Below are positions 36,227-48,200 of a DNA stretch of 55,604 bases, piece by piece. Under the pieces are notes generated by a model. That model was not told where the DNA came from, did not search any database, and saw only the letters and a list, made by a program, of their open reading frames with translations. A program made the position numbers and the translations under genes. The first letter of the stretch is position 1. Each line of letters opens with the position of its first letter. Source of the DNA: a virus (Duplodnaviria; Caudoviricetes); the IMG/VR virus record IMGVR_UViG_3300004369_000019, positions 1 to 55,604 of that record; one strand, 5' to 3'.

Positions 36227-39200
36227 ACGTTATAATTAAGTGATTTTAAAGGATTCTTCCTTCTTAACATTGGAGAAGTATTAATACCTGTAACTCCATT
36301 ATCTCTCTTAATATTGTATACCTCTGGATAAGGTCTAACAATATTATCAAGTCTTCCCCAAGAGAAAGTTCCAAATGTTTGTCTAGAGAGGAATGAAGTA
36401 ATTCCTAAAGACTCATAAGTTTCAACAACAGTAACAACTTTTGTATTAGTATCTATGATCAATGTTGCATCATCCGCAACAGTAGTAGATACTCCAAATC
36501 CAATTGAATATGATCCATACCTTGTTAAACTCGCAATAAAGTCATCGCTAAGAACAATTATAGGAATATCTGTTGCAATATCATGAACTTGGTATACATT
36601 ATCAATATAATCTTTACCATCCACTAAATCAGAACCATCTGTTTCAATAGAAGTCAATCCAGCACCAGATATTCCAATGATTGAATCTCTGATAACAAAG
36701 TAATCTCCCGTTCCAATACCACTGTAGATAATTGTATTTCCACTTCCAACAATACTTTCATCCTTTAATGGAGAATTTTCTGGAATTGAGAATTCAAAAA
36801 CTAAACCTTGCGAAGACCCAGCTCCAATAGTTGTTGTTCCAACACCAATAACTTCACCAAAATCACCAGCATAATCAACTCTAAAGACAGTTTCTGATCT
36901 TGGAGTTGGTGGAGAAATTAGAACTGCTGGTGGATGGTTATCATCATAACCAGTTCCTCCTGCAGATACAGTAATAGTTGTTAATTGCCCAGAAGCAATA
37001 GCAGCAGAAGCTGTTGCTTGATCTCCACCATCTTCTACTGGTTTTCCTATAGAAATAGTTGGAATCTTGAAATATCCACTACCAGTATTTGTTACTGTAA
37101 TTTGGGTAACAATACCTGCTGTAACAGATGCAGTAGCTAATGCTTCTGAGGTATCATCTTGATCAATAATATCAACAGTGCTTACATATAAATCTGTTGT
37201 GTTTTCTTTTTGGTTATCAAAGAATGTTTTTACACCTTCAATCCATATTTGAGTGCTTGCTGCACCAACATCATAAATCAATGTAGTTAATGGAAGTATA
37301 GATGCTTCATAGATATCTCTATCTTTAGTAATTTCTTGACCATCGATGATAGCATCGGATGTTGCTCGACACCAGTTAACTGACCTTTCTATAAATGGAT
37401 CATCACTAATTCCAACACCACCATATAAAAATGTATCTACAGAATCCGTAGAAGTAACTTCTTTTACAGAACGGTCAGTCTGATCGAGATCTGGTTCATC
37501 ACTGAGCATTGTTAAAAGATCTCCAGCAGATACTGTCTCTAAGATATCTACAAATTCAACATCAATATCTCCAGTTCCTTTATAGAATAGAATCTTGCAA
37601 GAATCTCCTAATGCAGGAGCTTCAGTGAATCTAATAGTACTTCCTCCTGGGAACAAGTAAGCTTCTCCAGGAACTTGAAGAACGTCATTGATAAAAACAA
37701 GGAGAGTTGCTTGAACGTCGATTAAAGATCCTTTTCCTGCTTTAATTGATGTTCTAACACCATTGAATTTAATTGCAAATCTTGTTTTTTCTCCATTAAA
37801 TTGATCACTGATATCATCAATTACATCAAGATCTCCAATAGTCCATCCAGTAAATTGGTCAGTTTCAGTTTTGGTAATATAGAAATTGAACTCATTAAAA
37901 TCTAATGTTGTTGGTAACGTTAAAGTTGGTTCAGCGGAAGGAGATTCAATTACCGGAGCATATGCAGATCCATCACCAATAATTGTGGTAATAATTCCAA
38001 CTAAGTTATAAATTGAAGATGCAACATCAGAACAGCAGTCCACACTATAAGAAGGACTGCAATCAGTATCATAATCAATTGTAGTATCTGTATACTGAGT
38101 AACCGATACTGCTATTCCTTGATATGATACTGGTAAAATTTGATTGTTTATAACGTATGTTGAAATACCAGCAAGATAATCATATGTTGCAATAGTTTCT
38201 GTAGTCTCTCCGGTAACATAGTTTAGTGGTCCATTCCAATACTTATTACCAGCTGCAACAGAATTAAAGTTTCCGCCAAAGAAGAGATCATTTGCTAAGG
38301 CATCAACAATATATCCAGTGTCTCTTTCGCACTTAGTTTCATCGTAATCTGGGTTAGAAAGTAGAGAAGGATATGTAGCCGTTGCATATCCAACAGCTTC
38401 TTTAATCAAGAATTGCCTATTGTAAGCAAGGAGATTTCCAGCATCAGCAAATCTTCCATGATACATGTAAGGAATTCCATCTGTTCCACCAACAGAAACT
38501 GTTAATACATTGTTGATTTCATATCCATATCCAACATTTTTTATTTCAAAGTCAGTTACACTAGATCCTTCTCCAACAACAACACTAACCTTTGCAGCTC
38601 TTCCTCCAGTATCTCCAATTGAAGTTGTGGAATATGTTGTAGCAAGATTATCATATGGAAGAGGATCATCAAAGTCCACTGTAAAGTATTTTTCAACCTT
38701 ACCGCCAGAACTATAAGAGTAAGAATCTGTAGTGACTCCAGTATTAACTTCAAACTCAGTACCACTATTAACTGCTCTTACACTTAAATATTCTATTATG
38801 GGACTATTAATAATTTCTCCCACTCCAGAAAGAACAACTTCATTACCAACAGATAATCCATGTGCAGTAGATGTTGTAACTGTTGTTAACCCAGTTGTTG
38901 TAGTATGACCAACAGTAGATATATCTCTAGGAACATAGAATACATCAGAATTTGTAACAGCTACTCCAGTAACTCTTCCTCTAGTAACAAGAGCAGTTCC
39001 TATTGCAACTTTACTGGAGGATTCTACAGTTTCTTCGCGAATATAAACTTCGATATTGGTTTGAATTCCAGTTCTATATCCACCACCAACATTAGAAATG
39101 TTAATCGCACTGATAGTTCCTGCAGAAGAAACTGTAGCGGTTCCAGCAGCAGAAACTAACGATTGATATCCAAATCCTTTGGTAGATCCAACAGAAACAA

Positions 39201-42200
39201 TTCTTCCACCAACAGGAAGACCCTTGATAATAATATCATCTTCTCTATCATATTCACTTTCATCAAATATGATATTTGTAGACCCACCACTTTCTTCTAA
39301 AGTATAGTTTCCTTCAATATCAACATTAGACTGATCTACTTTAGGTGACTGGAAAAGATCGTTTACTGTGATGATAGCATTACTTGCGGAAATTCCATCA
39401 ATACTTTGTCCACCAACTTTTAATTCAAAAGAACTTTGAATTCCAGTAAATTGATCTTCAATTCCATCAAACACATAGTTTTTATAATATGGATCATTTG
39501 TTGTATCAACATCTGCATTTCTCATGAAAGTTCTTCCACTAAATCTAGAGAAAGTTGTAATTCCCGTATAATCTCTTTGATCTGGACGGTTATCTGGAAG
39601 CCCAACTGGTGTTTTTCCATATGGAGCATCAGCGAAACTAATTGTATTATCAACAATATTATAGTTACCAATGATTTTGGTCATTAAATCATACTGTCCA
39701 TGATTCGCCAACTTTGTACCAAGAACTGCTCTCTGAACGTAAATATCATTATCAGATCCACCATATCCAACTATGGTGACTCTAACAATTTCATCATTTA
39801 TTTGTAGAAAATCTCCAGTGAAGAATTTCTCTGGTTCTGAAACTATAGTAAGAACATCTTCGACTGTAGTAAATCCGTTAAGAAGAGATGTAGTAGTAGC
39901 TGTAGATACAATCGGAGACTGTATCATATTATCAATGGTTACTAAAGATTTAGGATTTTGATTTTTTGCAGTTATATAGTGTTCGGATCCAACACCAACA
40001 CTTATAATATCAAGGGGTGTTGGTCTTAATGCTAAAGCATCTGTAGCAGAAGCGGCTACTTTAACCAGCAGTTCATCTTCTTTGATTATGAATAATGAAG
40101 AAGGTAACTTATCAGTGCTTCCTATTCCTGGAATTGTTGTGGTAGCAATTCCAATTGGTTCATTTGTAGAATCATAAGAATATATGACTTCCTCTCCAGT
40201 TACAAAGAAATGCTGAGGTAATTCAATAGTGTTTTCTGTTACACTAGTAATAGCAATGTTAGATCCATCAAATTCTTTCTGGAAAATTGGATTACCTTTA
40301 TGGAAAAGTTCAAAATCTCTCTTAATTTCATTTTGAGTTCCAATGTATTCTGAGTTACCAGTTAATATCTCACCATTAGTAAGATTAATTTCAGTTACAT
40401 CATTTGAAAGATCTCTTATTCCGATATGATGTGCATACACTCTAACTTCAGCATCAATTGAAGATCCTGCTGTAAAATAAATGTTTGTTACTGTTCCTGC
40501 AACTCCTGCAGTAACTATACCAACTTCGCTATCAGTAAATAATTGACCAAATTCTGTATAATAAGCTGTTGTTGCTGTAGATGCAACAACTACCTCAGAA
40601 AGTTGATATTTTTGATTCGTGTTATCATCAATACTAACAATATAGTAACCACTACTGTAATCATTAATTCCAGTAATACCATTATCATAAGAAGCAATAA
40701 TATTTCCTCCTGTACTTTCTGTGCTTGCTATAGATGTGAAAGTAGATTCAATGAGTGTGGTAGACATATTGGTCTCACCAGGTGTTGTAAATCCAGACTC
40801 TGAGGAAGCCAAGGATACTCTCATAACATTAACATCTGCATTCAATAACACGTTAGGAATAAGGTCAACTTTAATATTTGATCCATCAATGTATGCATTG
40901 TATGTTCCTATTCCATCAGTAGAATATTCTGTTAAAGTAGTTGTTAATTGACCATAATCTTGAATAGTAACGTCAGATCCATCATGAATAACAGAAATTT
41001 CATCAAATTCATATACTTGAGTACTATCTTCTACTTGAACAAGTAATTTTGAAGATCTATAATCTAATGGTATGGTTGCAATAGTTGTTGTTGCTCCAGA
41101 AGAAACTGAAGAATTTTCTAAGTAAACAGTAGCAACGTTTCCAAATACGGTTGATCCAATTCCTGATGTATAATCATCGATGTTATAAGTAACAAAGCTT
41201 AAATCATAATCATTGACCAAATATTTGTTTGGATAGAATTTGAATTGACCTTCATCCTCAAAAATAGAGAAATCAAAAGATCCTAAGTCTCCAACTGTTT
41301 CAACTCTTCCGTATTGATTGACATAGAAATTGTTATCATCATGTATGGTTGTTACGATATAAACTTGTCTTTCTCCAGTAAATCTACTATCTCTTGAGAA
41401 TACGATGTATTTTCTAGCTCTACTATCTGCAAGTTTAAAATTATCAATTACACTAAATCTATCTGATCTTGGTTCACTGTTAAATTGATCGCTAATATCA
41501 TCAATAATAAGAACTCTATTACCAACAGATTTATTAAAATCTTGAAGTTCTCTGCTATTGAAAACCATTCCGGTTGAGAATCTCTTCGATCCAATTAAAG
41601 TTGTCTCATCAACAACAATATCAAAATCATAAACACAATTTGTATTTACAACTCTACTGAAATCTGCAACAGAAACAAAATCTCCTCCATCTTGCGATGT
41701 CGATATTCCTGTATAAGAAAGATCTCTAGACTCTATACTGTAATCACTAAATCTCTTCCATCCAACAAGGTGATTTAATCTTCCAACTTCGTCTTCCCAA
41801 ATATTTTCAGAAACTGTACTTTGAATACTGTAAGAGAAGTGCTGATAATAGTCACTATCATGAATCTTATATTCATTGTAATTAAGGAATCCTTTAGTAT
41901 CAGTCCACTCTTTAGTAATTATAGCAGAAGATCTAATATCATAATAAAGTTCTGTTAATTGAATATCATTAATTTTACCAACGGTTCCACTTTTTGCTCC
42001 TTCGACATCTTCATTAAGTTCAAATGTTTGTTGTCCAAAATATTTTAATACTTCTGATCCAGAATCATATCTTTGGACTTCTCCTTTAGATCCTGTTGTT
42101 CTTCCTGTTATTATTTCTCCAGGTATAAATTCATTTCTTTTTGTTTTTACAACAAATGTTGGGAAATATACTTCAGGAACAACAATTCCTGTTGCACTGA

Positions 42201-45200
42201 TATCATCATATTCTCCAAGAGTTTCTACACTTCCAACAACTGGAGACATATCAAATTTTATGGATCCAAGAGATCCTCCGAAGTTTGGATCTATTTCTGT
42301 TATTTTATATAATGAATATTCAAAATCAGAACTATTGAAAGATCTTCCAGAACTTCCTAAAGTTTTTGAAGCACATCCTTCGATTAAAACCTTCTTACCA
42401 ACTTCAAATGGGAAATCAAAACCAGCACTAAAACTAGTCTTGAATGTTAAAGTAGCTATTTTAGTAGAATTATCGAAAGTCAAAGATTTGATACTAAATC
42501 CATTTGAGTTATTGGTTGGAATTATTTGTGGAGTATTATTTGATAATTCGTTTGTATTTTTAACTATGAATACAGATCCACTTAATTCATATTTTAATAT
42601 AAGATCTGTTAGAACTTTATTTGATGCTGTATCCTTTACGATTAAATCTGGAGCAACAGTATAGTTAATTCCTGATGTTTCTCTAGTGATTGTATCAAAA
42701 GAAAGTTTTTGATCAAGAATTAATACATCTGGAAGTTTAGCAGTTGGCTTTAATGTAACATCTGTTGGATAATCCCAACCAACATCTTCAGTTTTAAATA
42801 CTTTTTTACCACCAATCGAATCAGTTACAATTCTAACCTTTGCTCCAGATCCTGTTTCAGTTGCAACCGTGACTATTCCAACAATTGATTTATATCCAAA
42901 TCCACCATTAGCAACATATACATCGTGTATTGGTCCAGTTGCATTAATAGATCTTGTAACATAATTCAAAGAAGAATCTGTAGATGTAAAAGAAGTTATT
43001 CCTGGATAAGATCTGGGACTATCATAAACAAAAGAAGATGTGGAAGTAGAGACAACAACATGACCACCAGATAGTCCTTGCTCTGTTATCTCTATTTGAC
43101 CTGGATTTTGAACTCTGTAGGAATCAACTATAGAACCAGACTTTAATTCTGAAATTCCTTTAACTTCTTTAGGACTTAATACATAATATAAAAATCTTGG
43201 AGTTAGTCCGTTTACAGTTATTTCAACTTTAGCATCATTATCAACACCTATCCGTCCAGTTTGTTTAACAACAAAATTTCCAAATTGATCTGTAATATAT
43301 TCGTTTTGATAAGATGAATCTGTATAAATTTTAAAATCAAATGCAGTTAGTTGTGTAGTTCCATCAACATACGAGAGAGATGAATCTCCTAAATTAAATC
43401 TTATTGTTTTGTCTCGATTAACTTTTAATTTGGGATGAACAGTTCTCAAAAATACATTACCTGCAGTAGAAAATCTTATTGTGTTTCCGAGATTGCTAAT
43501 AATAGTTGTCGTTCCAAGTCCAACAGCTTGATCATAATATTCATAAAGATTAAATTTATTTCTACTTACATATTCTGTAAAATAGAATTTGTCTTTAAGA
43601 AGATCTGGAGTATCTGTAAATTGCACAAGCACCTTATCACCATCTTCAAAACCATGATCTTCAACAGTTATTTCATTGGTTGATGTATTAATTCCTGCAG
43701 ATGGTATGAATACTTGATTAACTAAGGTTCTCTTAGTTGCATCATTATAATAAACATCGAATTCTTCAACCCCACCTGGTCTTATGAATATTCTAAATTT
43801 ATCTCCAACTTCCATACCATGAGTTTCTGCTGTAGATACAGTAACTCTGGACTTAGATACTTCTAAAGGCATGAATTCAAAAGCTGTCTTAAAGCTATGA
43901 TTTTCCCCTGTACCTAATCCAACAAAATACAATAAATCTACATCAATATCAGTTCCAGCAACACCAACATATGACTGATCATATCCTGGTTTTGTTATTG
44001 TGGAAATTCCAATTTCATTTGTAGATATTCCTATTAAATCTTTTGTTAATCTTACAGCAAATAGTGATTGACCATCACTGAGATGAGTAGATCCAATACC
44101 TGTAGTTGATACTGCTAGAGGATCTCCAGTATTTGAATAGTATATTAATTCATCATTAGTCTGTATACCATGACCTGGAAAATATAATGCTCTAGTTGGA
44201 ATATTTAAATATGTTGCTCCAGATCCAGGATTATTAAAATACAAATTAGTAGTTATTCCCGTTCCTGCTGTCGTTCCAATTCCAACTGTTTCTTCTGGAT
44301 TAAAATAAATCTCTCTATTTACTGTAGAAAAATCACCTAAGTTTAAACTTATTTTAAAATGAGTTGGTAAAATAGTTGCTTTATTTTCCAATGAATGTGC
44401 AGATCCAACTGTACCATCATGCTCTCTTAAAACTCTTAATCTAGAATTTTTCTTATCTATATTAAGAATTTTCATTTTTTCATCATTTATAATAAAAATA
44501 TCATTTGGATATACCGAGACATTATTTTCTTTAATAGGAAAATAAATTACAGGACCAGTAGTAGCAGCATCCGCAATATCTCTTGTTAAAGTAAAAATTT
44601 TATTTTCGACAATAACAGCAGCTTGAGTATCTACAGCAATTGCAGATGCCGTAGATACTCCAACAACATCTACAAAATTATCATTAGTCAGTCCATGTTC
44701 TTGCTCACAAAATATAATTGTTTTACCATTAGCAACTTGATATCCTTGAGCTACTGGTATATACGTTTCCGTAACAGCTAAAGAAGTTATAGTTTTTCCT
44801 TTAATTTCGGATACAAAAGCAACAGCTCCTGTTCCACCAGTACCCACATTATCTACAAAAGAAATTGGATCTTTTACTTTGTAATTATCTCCGGAATCTA
44901 AAACATCTATATCATCAACTGATCCAGCAGAAAGATCAGTGATTTTTGAAAAATGAGCATCAAATTGATTTGGTTGGATAAGATACTCATATCCACTATA
45001 CCATTGTTTTAAATTATATGGAGTTACATTTCTCCTACATCCATATTCTTGAAAATCAAATTCAACTTGATTTGTATCTTTTGCAGTATTATAGTTAAAA
45101 AGTATTGGAGTGTATTCAAAATCGTCTCCAACTATATAAGGAAAAGCTGGGAGTTTGTTTTGTGAAAATTGACCTTCCGCTTGGACGATTTCACCTATGG

Positions 45201-48200
45201 TCATGAAATATGCATAAACTCCATTAGGAAACTCTGGAGTTATACAAAATCTACCATTATTTCTATCTAAATCCCCATTCCCTCTGAATTGATAATCATT
45301 AATAAAAAGTCCTAATTTAAAATTTGGTCTATTATCTTGTTCTTCTAATTCATATCCAGAAGTCATTCTACGAACTTGACCACCTTCTGGAGTATCATAT
45401 CCATATGGTCCATAAATGGGACTACCATCATAAGCCCAACCAATAATTGGTGAATGATATGGATCCGATGCAAAATCATTATTTAAATCAGTTCTATATT
45501 TTTGAACGCCCTCTTCAAACTTTTTAGCATAACACAAATTTCTTAATTTTCTAGGCGGATATATATGCGTATATTGCATCTCAAAGTCTTTATCAATACT
45601 TCTTACAAGATATCCGTCATCACTAGTAATTGATTGCTCATCAATAAGTCTTGCAACTTGATCAAAAGTCCATTTTTTAATTTTAAACTGTAACTGAGCT
45701 CCGACTCCAGGAGAATTTATTACAACTGATGGATTACTACCGTAATTATTTCCTTTACCATTTATATAAACTCCGCTAATTTTTCCTCCAGAAACAATCG
45801 GTGATATTTCTGCACTTGATGTTCTAAATCGATTACCTTGTTCATTCAATTGGAACAATTCAATATCTGGAGTTGCATTATAATTAGTTCCTCCAGAAAC
45901 AACAACTACATTTTCTAATCTTCCATCAAAAATAATTGGATTTAATACTGCACCATCTCCAGTGAGTATAGAATAATTTGGTTGTCTTTCAGAGTTAATA
46001 ACATTTTCAGACCCATAATTACTTCCACCATCAACTACATCTACTCTTATAACTTCACCTCTAAAAATAGGATCTATCTTTGCTTTAGCAGTATTTTCTA
46101 CTTTTCGAGAAACATCTAAAATTCCATTTATTTCTATAGTAATTGGAACATCTTTAAATATATGATATCCCGATGGGGCAGAACCTAACTCTACAATTCT
46201 ACCAAGTTTTGCATAATAATCTGATCCACCAAGACTTAGATCAGTATTTTTCTCATAAAGAGAAAAAGAATTGTCGGTTGTCTTAATAACATAATAAGTA
46301 GATGATGTAGAAAGACCTGCAATAGGCTCACTTCCTGTGTATTGGTATACAACTTCATCACCATTGTTAAATAAATGATTTGATTTTGAAATACTATAAG
46401 CGGATGTACTTATACCAGATGAAGTAACTGTAACTACATTATTTCTGTATCCTTCTCCTGGTTGAGTAATTTCAACTCTTCGTAAAGAAAATTTTGGTGC
46501 TGTTGATGTAAAAATGTGATTACCAACACCACGTGTTGTTATACCTACTGTGTTTATTCCCGCAGCAGCGTCAAATGGTGACTCATGTAATGTAAACTTA
46601 GTAGTATTGATTGGATTAATATAATATACATTACCGTCTACTAATCCCCCTAAAGCAGTTTGACCTTGACTAGAGTAAATTACTTCATCATCATCTCTGA
46701 AGTTATGAGGATTTTCTGAAATAATAGATCCATCGGAAAGAGAAACTTTGGTAGAAAGATCAGATCTAAAAGTAACTACATGATTTACAGACTGTAAAAT
46801 TGGCTCAACTTCTGCAGCTTTAGTTGGATTTCCTCCACTTATAATAATACTATCAATTTTTATATAATCAATTCCAGGATATGTAACATTTACTCTTTGT
46901 AGCAGTCCTCTTACACATACATTTCCTGAGAAATTTGATCCGGAAGAATCAATAACACTTAACTCTGGAGGATTTATTACGTCGTAACCCTCTCCTCCAC
47001 TGTTAACAACTACTTCTTCAATTTCTCCATAAAAACAAGCATCTTTAGATTTGTAAGATATAATCTCAACTCCATTTTTAAATATTCCAACTCTTTCTTG
47101 AGGTAAAATTTCATAATCAACTTCGTCTATTGTATAATTTTTTTGATCTCTTATTTTTCTTATTGCATATTGTGGAGATAATTTTAATTGCTGATTACTG
47201 GCACCAATATTACTGATTCTCACTAATTTAGCAAAGTCTGCAAAACCATTAAATGTAACAAAAAATTGAGATTCTAAATTACTTCTACTTTTAGAAAGTC
47301 TAAAAGAATCATCATCAATTTTGAATATAAAATAATAACCAACTAGATCAAGAGTATTTTCTTCGGAAAATGAAGAATCATACCATACAGCATCTCCCGT
47401 ATAAAAACCATGTTTATTTGAAGTTATAATAGTAGAATTTACAAAAGTTCCCTTAATTATAACATCTCTATAATTTAATTCTAGATCATCATTAAAATAA
47501 TTTGGAAGAGAATTCGTCGCCACATAAACACTGTTTTCTAAATCTACATATGTGTTTTGAACGTTTGCAATAAATTCAGTATTTTTTGCTTTTGTTATAA
47601 ATCTCTTTACATAATAAGCTTCTACAATTTCTCTATCATTGATAATTCTAAATGAATTATCTGGTGTTGGACCAGAAAATACTTCAAAAACTTTTTCTAT
47701 TCTTTCTAAAGAACCGTCTAAATTTCTAACATCACAATTAACTAATACTGATTCGCCACCATTAATTCTACACTTATCATAAGTAGTAATTGAATAATTT
47801 AAATTTCCTTCGTCAGATAATTCAAAAACCCTATTTGATATAGCATGGTTGTACATCCATTCTGTTGTTCTGATATCATCTGTCTCTTTTCCTAACGTCC
47901 ATACCTTAGCATAATCTCCTATTTCGCTAAATGAAGAAGATCTTATTTCTTTGATCTCTCCAAGAACTCCAGAAACTCTCATTCTTACTTCTTTTTCTTC
48001 ATTATCATAAGAGTAAACATAAGAATTTACTCCAATAGTCCACCCAGATTCAATTGGTTTTGTTACTCCAGTTACATTTAAAAACTGATTTAAGTTAACT
48101 CCATTATAATTAACGAGCATGAATGTATCTTGAATTCCAGCATCTTCATCCCCATTAAATAAAACTAATAGCTCTCCCTCTGCAGCAAATCCTACTGTAG

